A stretch of 64,000 nucleotides of DNA from Escherichia phage vB_EcoM_I14.1: the sequence record PP892526.1, one strand, 5' to 3'. Positions 16,220 to 26,137 of this stretch are shown here, in pieces; the stretch's first letter is position 1; each line of letters opens with the position of its first letter. The position numbers and the translations under genes were made by a program. The notes under the pieces are model-generated. The model ran no database searches. It had not been told where the DNA came from and was given only the letters and a program-made list of their open reading frames with translations.

Positions 16220-16765
16220 TCAAAGGTGTCCTTTTACTTGTGGTGTATAGATATCAAAAGTTGCTTTTCCATCTGCTGATGGTCTTGACTGAATCTTAGC
16301 AAAAATTTTACGGTCATGCAACTTGTCAAAGAAGTTCTCAAAAGGTAGATACACAGTTGCCTCTTCAGTCACTTCATGGAAAACTGTATGAAACACTACA
16401 TCAGCATACGGTAAAGCACTGACAAGGATACCTGCACCACCAATTACGAAAACATCTTCTTCAATATTACTGTCAAGATACTTTAAAAATGCTCCAAAAG
16501 AGTCTTGATGAGATTTAGCAAACATAACGTCATCTTTACTAAAATCTATACCGTAATAAGGCACAGAGTTTGTTAAGATAAGGTTTTCACGTTCAGGTAA
16601 AGGATTACTTCCCAGAGTCTTGAAAGTCTCGTTACCCATTACTACTAAGTTGTCTTTAGTGAGTCTCTTAAACTCTTGCATATCCTCTTTATGTCGAGGC
16701 CACGGCATACCAGTTGGAGTACCAAACTCACCATTTCCACCACTTGCAAAGATTAATTTAATCAT
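16220..16765 (-). CDS. frd: dihydrofolate reductase
   Basis: DHFR signatures: GMPWPRHKEDMQEF, VVMGNETFKTLG, VFVIGGAGI; co-located with thyA. Confidence 0.8.
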   Translation of the reverse strand: MIKLIFASGGNGEFGTPTGMPWPRHKEDMQEFKRLTKDNLVVMGNETFKTLGSNPLPERENLILTNSVPYYGIDFSKDDVMFAKSHQDSFGAFLKYLDSNIEEDVFVIGGAGILVSALPYADVVFHTVFHEVTEEATVYLPFENFFDKLHDRKIFAKIQSRPSADGKATFDIYTPQVKGHL

Positions 16766-17022
16766 TTTGTAAATCCTTTCTTAATGAACCAGTTGATAAC
16801 AGTCTTCACAGCTTTATTGCTATGGTAGATTAAGTGCGGTGTAGGTTGGTATGAACCATAAGCCCAGAAAGCAATAATTTCACTACACCCTGTACATCTT
16901 GTACTCTCTTCAGCAATATGACCGTTGACTATTTCACTTACCTCGCCTTGTAAGTCTGTACATCCACAATGTGGACAACGAATAGGTGCTCCGTCAGACT
17001 CATAGCAGTGTTCAATTTTCAT
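16762..17022 (-). CDS. zinc-ribbon protein
   Basis: CPHCGC ... CTGC cysteine pairs. Confidence 0.35.
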   Translation of the reverse strand: MKIEHCYESDGAPIRCPHCGCTDLQGEVSEIVNGHIAEESTRCTGCSEIIAFWAYGSYQPTPHLIYHSNKAVKTVINWFIKKGFTK

Positions 17023-17538
17023 TTATTTAACCTCAAAAACTGGCTCAAGAACCAATATAAAGTCTACACAGTCATCTTCTTCATCCAGAATACCATCAAA
17101 GTTCTTAGGAACGAAGTCGAAGAGGCTCATAACAAAGCAGTCAGAAGTAACTCTAATAGTGCCTCCCATATTCTCTACAGTCAACACTGTACGGCTTTCT
17201 TTTACCTCTCTCAGAAGATTACTCACAAAGTCATCTAAGAAGTACTTCATCAGTGACTTAAAGCCTTTAGGGTAATCTGTACCAGAGTATGTTTCAATCT
17301 GAGGTACAAGCTTAACATTTATGCTAGTCTTTGTTAAGAATGTGCTAGAGAACATACTATCAGGTAACTTACAAACAGTCTTTCCAGTACCTTCATGCTC
17401 AATCTCAACAAAACCAGCTTCGTCGCCACATGTAACTATTTTAAAAGATGCTTCATTCTCATACTGTGAAGCCATAAACTTTTTAAGCATTTCCTTAAGG
17501 AAATCTGCATGAGCATCTTGTAAGTAGATATCAATCAT
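17023..17538 (-). CDS. hypothetical protein
   Basis: 171-aa ORF in leftward operon. Confidence 0.35.
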   Translation of the reverse strand: MIDIYLQDAHADFLKEMLKKFMASQYENEASFKIVTCGDEAGFVEIEHEGTGKTVCKLPDSMFSSTFLTKTSINVKLVPQIETYSGTDYPKGFKSLMKYFLDDFVSNLLREVKESRTVLTVENMGGTIRVTSDCFVMSLFDFVPKNFDGILDEEDDCVDFILVLEPVFEVK

Positions 17539-17551
17539 AGTTAATCACCTA

Positions 17552-17911
17552 TTATGGGAACAGACACTTGATGTCATCGTTTTTGAAAACGAAACTTGTG
17601 TAATTGTGACCATCAACATCCAGCCAAACAGCCTGAACATCTACACCATCAAGATTGTGGTAAAGCTCTTTGATGAAGTGGTCTTTCACAATCTGGCTGC
17701 TAGTTGTTTCCAGCTTAATATTTGAGATTGCTGAACCTACAGCCATATAACCCATGACACGTTTCTTCTCAGTATGCTTAATCTTACCATCTTTGTAAGC
17801 CATAATGAGATTGGAAAGAATCTTCACACCATAATACTTTTCAAGGTGAGTAGGTACACCATAAAAGCCTAATGCGAAGTTTTCAGAGTGGATAATGTTT
17901 TCACGTTTCAT
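17552..17911 (-). CDS. hypothetical protein
   Basis: 119-aa ORF in leftward operon. Confidence 0.35.
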   Translation of the reverse strand: MKRENIIHSENFALGFYGVPTHLEKYYGVKILSNLIMAYKDGKIKHTEKKRVMGYMAVGSAISNIKLETTSSQIVKDHFIKELYHNLDGVDVQAVWLDVDGHNYTSFVFKNDDIKCLFP

Positions 17912-17912
17912 A

Positions 17913-18212
17913 TTAATCTGCCAACCTTAAATTAAAATTAACACCAAATTTTTCACATACTTCCAACATAAACTTAAGAGAAACATTACCAGTGAGATTG
18001 ATTATGTTGGATACACGAGACTGAGAGATACCACAAATTTTAGCAACTTGCTCTTGAGAAAGGCCTCTGGATTTAATCTCTCTCTTAAAACGATGTGCAA
18101 CGAAGTCTCTCATTTCGTCTACATCCATTGGACAAATATAACTCTCCATTTCAGCCTCTCTGTCAGCCTCCCAATCATCTTGTGGAGCATAAGGGTCAAA
18201 AACCTCATTCAT
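17913..18212 (-). CDS. helix-turn-helix DNA-binding protein (Cro/C1-type)
   Basis: LSQEQVAKICGISQSRVSNIIN resembles XRE-family HTH; start taken at internal Met (ORF track 18242). Confidence 0.4.
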   Translation of the reverse strand: MNEVFDPYAPQDDWEADREAEMESYICPMDVDEMRDFVAHRFKREIKSRGLSQEQVAKICGISQSRVSNIINLTGNVSLKFMLEVCEKFGVNFNLRLAD

Positions 18213-18417
18213 CTTTCTTCTTCCGTTTGCGTGAAGTGTCAATCAATGAATCTATGTTTGTAGCTCTGACCTTTTCACGTTCATCGTTAAGATAATCATC
18301 AAGAGCCTTTTCAATCTGTGAATCATCTTGACAGATAACTGTAAAGACTGTAAAGCCGTCTATATCATCAATTATCTTACCATAACCGCTTCTGGGATGT
18401 AACTTTTTCAGAGCCAT
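18205..18417 (-). CDS. hypothetical protein
   Basis: 70-aa ORF. Confidence 0.25.
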   Translation of the reverse strand: MALKKLHPRSGYGKIIDDIDGFTVFTVICQDDSQIEKALDDYLNDEREKVRATNIDSLIDTSRKRKKKDE

Positions 18418-18418
18418 A

Positions 18419-18802
18419 TCAAATACCTGTGCAGCTTCTGTTTTCTAAGAAATACTCAACACCATACATAGCTTTTTGCATCAAATCTTCTTTAAACTGA
18501 ATACGATGATTAAGCATAGCCTGTACATCAATATCATCATGGTGCTTCTCTTTAATATTTGCAGATTGCAGGAAATACTCTGCAAGAACACGATACTGAT
18601 AGTCAGTTACCTTGTCAGTCATCTCTGTTAAAGATTCTTCAGAGATTGGTTTAAGTAACTCACCATTAGCCAAAGCAACACCTTTAACAATCTGGCAAGT
18701 ATCTTCTGGAACACCTGATAAGTCCACATTTGGAAGTTCTGTTGCATTGACTGGTAAATTCATTGCCATAACCATTGCAGCAGCTAATAAAATCTTTTTC
18801 AT
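18419..18802 (-). CDS. secreted/periplasmic protein
   Basis: N-terminal signal peptide MKKILLAAAMVMAMNLPVNA; first gene of leftward operon. Confidence 0.4.
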   Translation of the reverse strand: MKKILLAAAMVMAMNLPVNATELPNVDLSGVPEDTCQIVKGVALANGELLKPISEESLTEMTDKVTDYQYRVLAEYFLQSANIKEKHHDDIDVQAMLNHRIQFKEDLMQKAMYGVEYFLENRSCTGI

Positions 18803-18846
18803 AATGACCTCAAAGTTATATTAAATTTTGTATTACATTGAGTATA

Positions 18847-18892
18847 AAAATAAGCTATAACACCTGACTTGTCAACAGATTTTATAGCTTAT
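18847..18892 (-). promoter_or_regulatory. leftward promoter embedded in an 11-bp perfect inverted repeat (operator candidate)
   Basis: Minus strand TTGACA-N17-TATTTT; arms ataagctataa (18850-18860) and ttatagcttat (18882-18892) flank the -35. Confidence 0.4.
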
Positions 18893-18910
18893 TTGGCAGA
18901 TTTTTTATAA

Positions 18911-19450
18911 GGCTACTGCCATCCTTCCATACCTTACCACACCAAACCACACCATACCGAGCCACACCCTACCAGACCCTACCAAACCCGACCGAGCATC
19001 ACTTAAAAATCCTCTTAGAAGACTCTTAAGTGATGTAATCGAATTTTAATGTAGCTCCGATTAACTACCCATACCTCACCTTACTTAACCGTACCGCACA
19101 GAACCACACCAAACCTAACACCACTTCTCATCACCTTATTAAAAACCCTGTTTAAAGACCTTTTAAAAAGATGAGTCTCATTTTAATGTAGATGAGACTA
19201 ACTACCCGCACCGAACCTCACCTGACCTGACAGCACCCGACCTCACCGCGCCATACCATACCATACTTCACTTAAAAATCCTCTTAGAAGGCTCTTAAGT
19301 GATGTAATCGAATTTTTATGTAGCTCCGATTAACTACCCGCACTTTACCAAACCTCACCCTACCCTACCAGACCTTACCTAACCGCGCCGTACCTCATTA
19401 AAAGACCCTCTTAAAGACCTTTTAAAAAGGAGCCTCCGAAGAGGCTACCT
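18911..19450. repeat. tandem array of four ~110-160-bp composite repeats (G-poor CA-rich tract + A/T-rich palindrome + hairpin with conserved loop)
   Basis: Unit ends at 19070, 19207, 19339; units A and C share a ~70-bp near-identical block; unit B keeps loop ttttaatgtag and tail aactaccc with a different stem. Confidence 0.6.
19420..19448 (-). terminator. intrinsic terminator for leftward two-gene cassette
   Basis: Minus strand hairpin gcctc-ttcg-gaggc followed by tccttttt, just past the stop of 19458..19898. Confidence 0.5.
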
Positions 19451-19457
19451 AGTCAAC

Positions 19458-19898
19458 TTAGAAAGGTTTTCTACGTTGCTTATTAATGTTAGCTTTCATA
19501 GCAGCTAAATGGTTTTGCTGTTCAATCAGTCGTGAGCGTTCTTGATGGCTAAGTGCCATAGTGTTCACATTCTCAATCGCTTGAGTGGCTTGCTTTAAAG
19601 CTCGACCAATCTTGCCAGACATTTTACGTTTTGCAATAGTTGCTTGATGCTTAGGTTCAACCACACGATAACCAACACCCATTGAAGCAACCAGATAAAT
19701 CTTCTCTTCTTTAAGAAGCTTCTCAATAAACTTCTCAAGTCGGTTTAGACGTGTAAGCGCATAAGCCTTCATTTCATCTTCGTACTTAACAATGTCACCT
19801 TGATAAGTTGGCTTCACAATACCTAAGAATGTGTCCATCTCAGAATGTGATACAGTGTCACCGTAACTAAACTTTGCTGCTAATGCTTTTGTATTCAT
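19458..19898 (-). CDS. hypothetical protein (repeat-flanked cassette)
   Basis: 146-aa ORF followed by leftward intrinsic terminator. Confidence 0.4.
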   Translation of the reverse strand: MNTKALAAKFSYGDTVSHSEMDTFLGIVKPTYQGDIVKYEDEMKAYALTRLNRLEKFIEKLLKEEKIYLVASMGVGYRVVEPKHQATIAKRKMSGKIGRALKQATQAIENVNTMALSHQERSRLIEQQNHLAAMKANINKQRRKPF

Positions 19899-19900
19899 AA

Positions 19901-20506
<606 letters not shown>

Positions 20507-20574
20507 TTAGTTGATTGTTAAGTTGTTTGTAAAGAACCCTCAACAGAAGACTCTTTAGAAACTTGGTAGATTTT

Positions 20575-20700
20575 TAACGTGGCTACTACCATCCACCCAG
20601 ACTTTACCATACCTCACCAGACCATACCTCACCTGGCCGCGCCTTGCCTTGCCAAACATCACTTAAAAACCCTTTTAAAAGACTCTTAAGTGATGCTGGT
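20575..20700. repeat. fifth copy of the composite repeat (CA-rich tract + catcacttaaaaa...cttaagtgatg palindrome)
   Basis: Shares ggctactaccatcc, the CA-rich tract and the 10-bp-arm palindrome with units at 18911-19450. Confidence 0.55.
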
Positions 20701-20725
20701 GAGTACCCGTTGGTTTATGCTGCTC

Positions 20726-20753
20726 AGTATACTCACCAAATTTTCTATGTCAA
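20726..20753 (-). promoter_or_regulatory. leftward sigma70-like promoter for cassette 20503->19458
   Basis: Minus strand TTGACA-N16-TATACT. Confidence 0.45.
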
Positions 20754-20760
20754 CAACTTT

Positions 20761-21897
20761 TTATTCGTAGTCTCGAATAACGAGGCCAACAGGAAACTGT
20801 AAAGAACCCTTACGAGTCATCTTCTGGAACTGAACCGTTAAAGGCTTCCCAATAAACTCTTCAGGATGTTCAGCAAGATACTGTTTCTTCTCATGAGTAG
20901 TCTTCCATGAGACATCTACAAAGACGTTAGGAAGAGTCTCTACAACGAACTTGCCATGACCACGCTTATCAGTCTTTACACCAGTCACTTTAAATTCTTC
21001 AGTGTGCATCTTCTTGTGCTTAATCAAGAAGTACGAACGGTGACAACACTCATAGAAGGAGTCTTCAGAGATTGAACGGTACATTGCACCTTCAAACTTA
21101 GCTTCAACCCACTTATCATGAGCTTCATCAAACTCTTCCCAAGAATTTACACGACGAGACTTAACAGGAACAACTTTACAGCCATCTCTGAAGTCATTCA
21201 ATGGTGAAGTCTCAATGATATCTCTACGCTCAGGCCACGTCTTAGTGCTGTCACAGATGTCGTACCAGTAAAACTGGAGTAGATGTCGGTCTGGATTGTC
21301 AGCATTCTTAATCATAGACACAATATCTTCTAAGTCCCAACCATGAGCATAAATCTCACCATCAAAGTCTTCGACTTGTGGATGCAATTTAAGCAACAAA
21401 AGCAAATCTGGGATTAGTTCTGCTGGGACGTTGTAAACAGCATTCTCACGAGAATAAGCCGTGAAGCTAACTGAATCAGCATCTCTTGAAATTCTACAAC
21501 GTACACCATCAAGTTTTGGTTGAGCATCAGCAGGGAATATCAAATACTTTGCATGACTCACCTTTGCAGCATCATGAGCAAGCTGTACACCTACCTTCTC
21601 AGTATTCTGTGCAGACTCTTTTGTGTAAGCATAGCCTTTGCGGTCAATTTGCTTTTTATACTTAGCAGCAACTTCAAAGAGAGCTTGCTGTTCAGCGTTA
21701 CGCTCATTCTTTTTACCGATGTTTTTCGGTTCTGCTGTGTACTCTTCAAACATCATCTTGCCATTTTCTTTACCGTAGGTTGTAATAACTTTGTCGCCTA
21801 CAGCAACGCATGACCATACGTTGAAAGAGCCATCTTTATTTTGTTTGTACAGTATTGTCATTTTATTCCTCTGAGTGATACCAAGTGTTGCAAGCAT
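20761..21897 (-). CDS. ATP-dependent DNA ligase
   Basis: Nucleotidyltransferase motif I KLDGVR, motif III DGEIY, motif IV EGAMYR, motif V LIKHK. Confidence 0.8.
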   Translation of the reverse strand: MLATLGITQRNKMTILYKQNKDGSFNVWSCVAVGDKVITTYGKENGKMMFEEYTAEPKNIGKKNERNAEQQALFEVAAKYKKQIDRKGYAYTKESAQNTEKVGVQLAHDAAKVSHAKYLIFPADAQPKLDGVRCRISRDADSVSFTAYSRENAVYNVPAELIPDLLLLLKLHPQVEDFDGEIYAHGWDLEDIVSMIKNADNPDRHLLQFYWYDICDSTKTWPERRDIIETSPLNDFRDGCKVVPVKSRRVNSWEEFDEAHDKWVEAKFEGAMYRSISEDSFYECCHRSYFLIKHKKMHTEEFKVTGVKTDKRGHGKFVVETLPNVFVDVSWKTTHEKKQYLAEHPEEFIGKPLTVQFQKMTRKGSLQFPVGLVIRDYE

Positions 21898-22054
21898 TAC
21901 ATGCGTAAAGCTCTAAGTCATTTTTATCTGGTTTATGAAAACAGTTTGCTCCGCAGTGGCAACGAAACGGCTTTCCACCAACTGTCAGGATGAAAGATTG
22001 AACCTTTCCATCAGGAGTTCGTACAGCATTTTTATGCTTATCTTCTTTGTTCAT
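21863..22054 (-). CDS. zinc-finger protein
   Basis: CHC ... CNAC cysteine/histidine cluster. Confidence 0.3.
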   Translation of the reverse strand: MNKEDKHKNAVRTPDGKVQSFILTVGGKPFRCHCGANCFHKPDKNDLELYACNACNTWYHSEE

Positions 22055-22356
22055 TTTCTCTTACCACCAATCTCTACGTCAATAACCTGAACATCACCAG
22101 CAACATCAAACTTGTGAATGATGCTTTCCACAGTGTAAGTCCAACCATCGATGCGAACCAATTCACCTTCTCGTGGGACTATTGGGTTACGTTGAGCTAC
22201 GGTTGTAGTGGAGTGAACAACATCATAACAATAGATATAGTTTACTAGGACTTCCATCGTGAAAACCTCACTCAATAACCGTAGTATGTGATTGACCATT
22301 TTTGCCATAGCTATAAGATGTTGTTGTTTGAGAGTTTGGACATCTGACAACAACAA
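22051..22356 (-). CDS. hypothetical protein (start uncertain)
   Basis: ORF overlaps the next gene; true start probably an internal Met. Confidence 0.25.
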   Translation of the reverse strand: MLLSDVQTLKQQHLIAMAKMVNHILRLLSEVFTMEVLVNYIYCYDVVHSTTTVAQRNPIVPREGELVRIDGWTYTVESIIHKFDVAGDVQVIDVEIGGKRK

Positions 22357-22504
22357 TATCTCTGCTTATGGCATCGCCATGTAACTTGTAGACTTTGCAA
22401 TCTTGCATCTCTGGTGGGAGGCTATAAGAAGCATTTTTATCCTCGTAAGAGGGATTGCAGCCAGCTAGAAAAATAACACCAAGCACAATTACTGCTTTCC
22501 ACAT
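22268..22504 (-). CDS. lipoprotein
   Basis: Signal peptide with lipobox FLAGC. Confidence 0.35.
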   Translation of the reverse strand: MWKAVIVLGVIFLAGCNPSYEDKNASYSLPPEMQDCKVYKLHGDAISRDIVVVRCPNSQTTTSYSYGKNGQSHTTVIE

Positions 22505-22691
22505 AGCACTTCTCCTATTTACTGTTCACGATGTTCTACTTCTCTATATGTACGCCGGTAGTATATGATGAGCTGTGCTAAGTCGCTACTTTTAACATCT
22601 GAGCGTAACAGTTGCCAATCAAAACCTTTACCGACCCTTCCATATAAACTAAAGAATTTTACTTTGCGTTTCATTTTGGTGTTCCCAATAC

Positions 22692-22919
22692 TCAGAGGTC
22701 AATGCTAATACGTTCACCCTTAAGGACTCCTGTACGGTCTCTTGCAATCTTACCGTCAACAATAAGGATATGCGCAGACTTTAAAGATTCACTATTAAAA
22801 CCTTTTACGAACTTACTAGGCATCACCACAATAAGCATCTCTTGAATCAACTCTGGAGTATAGCAATTGTCGTGAAGTTGCTGAATAACATCTGCAAGTG
22901 TCATTTTTGGTGTCTCCAA
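22692..22919 (-). CDS. small protein, paralogue A (possible S4-like RNA-binding fold)
   Basis: ~45% identical to 23107..23316; shared C-terminal GKIA(R/K)D(R/K)TGxLKGER(I/V)xI. Confidence 0.35.
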   Translation of the reverse strand: METPKMTLADVIQQLHDNCYTPELIQEMLIVVMPSKFVKGFNSESLKSAHILIVDGKIARDRTGVLKGERISIDL

Positions 22920-23110
22920 TACTCAATGTCAATAAGTTCTTGTGCAATGCTTTTCAGATTACCTTTCAAGAAAACCTTCTCAGAACCTGAAAGAGATGAA
23001 TTGTCAATTAACCTGTTCATTCTCTCAAACAACTTCTGTTTACGATTCTTGATAGTTTCCTTTGAAGCACCTTTCATCATCGCTGCATGGGTTCTTCCAC
23101 GGTGGCTCAT
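22901..23110 (-). CDS. small basic protein
   Basis: 69-aa ORF between the two paralogues. Confidence 0.3.
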   Translation of the reverse strand: MSHRGRTHAAMMKGASKETIKNRKQKLFERMNRLIDNSSLSGSEKVFLKGNLKSIAQELIDIEYWRHQK

Positions 23111-23316
23111 AGTAAACTCTCAATATTTACACGCTCACCTTTTAAGTAGCCTGTCTTATCTTTTGCGATTTTACCTCCAGCAATAAAGATATCTACTCTA
23201 CGTAGAACTTCAGGGTTTACCCTAGAACTACTGCAAATGACAATAAGCATACTTTCAATCTCTTTTTGAGAATACCCAGCACATTGCAACTGTACTTCAA
23301 TCTCTGAAAGTGTCAT
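23107..23316 (-). CDS. small protein, paralogue B
   Basis: Paralogue of 22692..22919. Confidence 0.35.
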   Translation of the reverse strand: MTLSEIEVQLQCAGYSQKEIESMLIVICSSSRVNPEVLRRVDIFIAGGKIAKDKTGYLKGERVNIESLL

Positions 23317-23377
23317 GTGACCTCCTATACAAGATACAGTATAAGGTACTCTTCCATGAGCACCTTGTCAATATTAA

Positions 23378-26077
23378 TTAGTGTACTTCAAGCCAGCTTT
23401 TACCAACCTTACCAGTACCTGTTACAAGTGTTTCTTTCTTAAGACCTAAGTTCTTAGAAGCTTGCCCATAATACCAGTCAGTAACTGCTTTCACTTCTGC
23501 CGTCATACTTTCTGGACATTCCCAACTCGTTTCATCGTGATATGCGCAGAGCAAGCGAGCACCAATAGCTGGTTGACGACCATTCAACTTCATCAAACCT
23601 TCGTCAATCATACGACGACAAGCAAGGTTAATTGCCTCATTTTGAATCTGAGCCTCTGAACCCATCAAAAGATAGTTCAACAGTTTGTGTGGAGATTTAC
23701 ACCACAACCAAGCTCCAGCAACCTTTACAAAACCCCCTTTAGAGATTGCAGCAGTCTTACCAAACACCTCTTCAAGTGCTTTTTTAGTCGCTTTGTAGTC
23801 AGCTTCCAAGTCATCAAGCAGCTTCTTAATTTTAGGCAAACGAATAAAGTAAGTCTGTTTAGTCAGTGCACCTTCCTGAGTAGTTGCAGCTTTAATCGTC
23901 TTAGCAAACTTCTCATCACCTGCACCGAACAGCAGTGCATAGATACCATTCTTAGCTTTCTTACGACCCTTACTAATCTCATGAAGAAGATTCTCATCCT
24001 GAGTAGCTCGGCAAGTCAAGATATCCTGCTCATCATTCAAGCTAAAGTAAATACTGTTCAGTGTGTGTGCATCAGTCCCTGAATAGACAACGTAAAGGTC
24101 ATTCTCAGAGTCATAGCGTAGGTACTTATCAATCTCTGGATTGAGGTACTCATCAAAGTGTTTGCAGTAATAGCGTCCATCTTCTTGACGAATAAACTCA
24201 ATCTCTTCTTTACCTTGCGTTACCGCTTTGGTGAAGTCTTTGTCACCCATAAAGTTACAAAGAAGAACTAGCTGGGCTGAGTTCATGTCTACAGAGACAA
24301 CGTTAGTACCTTCTTCACAAATCCACACTGCCCTCATTGGTTCCCCATAGACAGCAGCACCAGACGGTACGTTTACAATACCATACTGTGTCATACGCCC
24401 AGTTGAAGTACCAAATACCATTGCACCAGCACTAAGGCGACCATCAGGACGAATCTGGTTCAGCCAACCTTTTTCATCATCCTTTGAGTTCTCAATAGTT
24501 CTGCGTCGGTGCATCAAAGTATAGTACTTAGCAATCTTCTGTCCAAGCTCACCTTCAATCGTATCATAAGATGATTCAGTAAGCTTTGGTGAAGTCCTAA
24601 TCAGACAAGGTTCAAGTAAATCTGTGTACTTCTTCACAGACCAGTTATGCTCAATGTACTGGACACCTTCATGTTCAACATAACTCAACCCACACCGTTC
24701 AACCATCTCCTGCCACTTAGGATGCTTTGTAATCATCTTTTTGTTGTCTTTGAAACGACAAACTTTGACAGGGCGACCGTCTGAATCTTTCTTGTAGTTC
24801 CAGTCATCTGGAATCCAACCAACTGATTTCAAATAGTCTTTAACAACTGCTACCTGAGTCATACGAGAAACTTCGAACTCAATTGGTGTATATGGTGCAT
24901 CAATCAAACCTGTGTAGCGACTTGACTCAAGCTCAAAGTGGTTAACAACATGGCTGTTATAGTACTTCACAGTTTTAACTGTTTTTACTGGCTTCCAATC
25001 TTTGCATTTCTTACCAATCTTTGCATTCAACTCATTGCAAATTGCACGAGCATCCTTCATTGCTACAAAACCTTCCTTGTACTCTTCACCAGTTACAGAG
25101 TTGGTTGGTGTATAGCAATTCCGCTTTTCAATGTTAAAAATCTTTGTAGTTGGCTTACCAAATGGCTTGATTTCATATGTCTGCATCTCACCGTTACGTA
25201 CCTGCTGACGATACTTTGTCTTAGGGTACTTGGTAATTCTCTTCAATCCATCTGCATGCCCGAATGCTTCAACATACTCATTCCAAGCTTTTGCAAACTC
25301 TTCTCCAGTGACTTTACCTTTGGTCTTAATAGTTGGTGGAAGGTGTGGTTCAACTTCTGAAGCAAGCTCATTAGTCAACTTGTCAAGTTCCTTTACATGA
25401 AACTCCATAAGTTCTTTATCAGCTTTCCAACCATTGATAGCTTGTTGACTCATCCAGAAAGATGTTTCTTTAGCTCGCATGTAGGTTTCATAAGTATCTA
25501 CGCCACACTTCTTCAGCTTGAGATATTCATTATCCAGTGCGCGTTTAGTTTTGGCGTTAATACGGATATCTTCTACAACACGAGTGAAGATTTCTGCATT
25601 CCACACACCCCAATGTTCAATCTCTGGTTTACGTACACCAACACGAGCACCCCATGCTGCCAAGCCATGAGCGCCTTTATAGCCTTTTGGAGTTGGTCTA
25701 TCCATCCACTGAACACGAGACTGGATAAGAGAATCCTGAAAGAAATTACTCCACGGCTTACACTTTGGATTATCAAAGTTCCACAAATCAGGTGCAATGT
25801 GATTGAAAACCCACCAGTCATATCCCAGACCATTATGGATGCAAAGTCGTTTTGCCTTTAACGCAAACTCAACACCTTCACGCAAGCCACCCTTAATGTA
25901 CTTGGTATACTTGTGACCGAGGATAGGTTCATCTGTAAAGACCCATACAGGCGGCTCTTCATCGTCAGATTTATAGTCTGCGAAAGCCATTACGTGCACT
26001 TTAGTGAACTCAAGGAGTAAACCATCAGTTTCTGTATCACCAACTAAATGTAAGTTTTTAAAATCTACGTTTTCCAT
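23378..26077 (-). CDS. DNA polymerase, family A, with 3'-5' exonuclease domain
   Basis: Exo motif VGDTETDGL; Pol A motif B-like KKAKNGIYALLFGAG; motif C-like LLCAYHDETSWE; start at Met behind RBS gagggag (ORF track 26107). Confidence 0.85.
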   Translation of the reverse strand: MENVDFKNLHLVGDTETDGLLLEFTKVHVMAFADYKSDDEEPPVWVFTDEPILGHKYTKYIKGGLREGVEFALKAKRLCIHNGLGYDWWVFNHIAPDLWNFDNPKCKPWSNFFQDSLIQSRVQWMDRPTPKGYKGAHGLAAWGARVGVRKPEIEHWGVWNAEIFTRVVEDIRINAKTKRALDNEYLKLKKCGVDTYETYMRAKETSFWMSQQAINGWKADKELMEFHVKELDKLTNELASEVEPHLPPTIKTKGKVTGEEFAKAWNEYVEAFGHADGLKRITKYPKTKYRQQVRNGEMQTYEIKPFGKPTTKIFNIEKRNCYTPTNSVTGEEYKEGFVAMKDARAICNELNAKIGKKCKDWKPVKTVKTVKYYNSHVVNHFELESSRYTGLIDAPYTPIEFEVSRMTQVAVVKDYLKSVGWIPDDWNYKKDSDGRPVKVCRFKDNKKMITKHPKWQEMVERCGLSYVEHEGVQYIEHNWSVKKYTDLLEPCLIRTSPKLTESSYDTIEGELGQKIAKYYTLMHRRRTIENSKDDEKGWLNQIRPDGRLSAGAMVFGTSTGRMTQYGIVNVPSGAAVYGEPMRAVWICEEGTNVVSVDMNSAQLVLLCNFMGDKDFTKAVTQGKEEIEFIRQEDGRYYCKHFDEYLNPEIDKYLRYDSENDLYVVYSGTDAHTLNSIYFSLNDEQDILTCRATQDENLLHEISKGRKKAKNGIYALLFGAGDEKFAKTIKAATTQEGALTKQTYFIRLPKIKKLLDDLEADYKATKKALEEVFGKTAAISKGGFVKVAGAWLWCKSPHKLLNYLLMGSEAQIQNEAINLACRRMIDEGLMKLNGRQPAIGARLLCAYHDETSWECPESMTAEVKAVTDWYYGQASKNLGLKKETLVTGTGKVGKSWLEVH

Positions 26078-26137
26078 TTTTACTCCCTCTAAAATCATTA
26101 ACCTCATACATTACTGCAAAAAATTATAAAAAGCAAG

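Noticed and set aside
18911-19450. Possible tRNA gene cluster or CRISPR array in the tandem-repeat region
   Set aside because: No cloverleaf-compatible arrangement, no GTTCRANYC T-loop and no CCA-type ends; units are ~130 bp with no short repeat/spacer alternation, and no cas genes are present.
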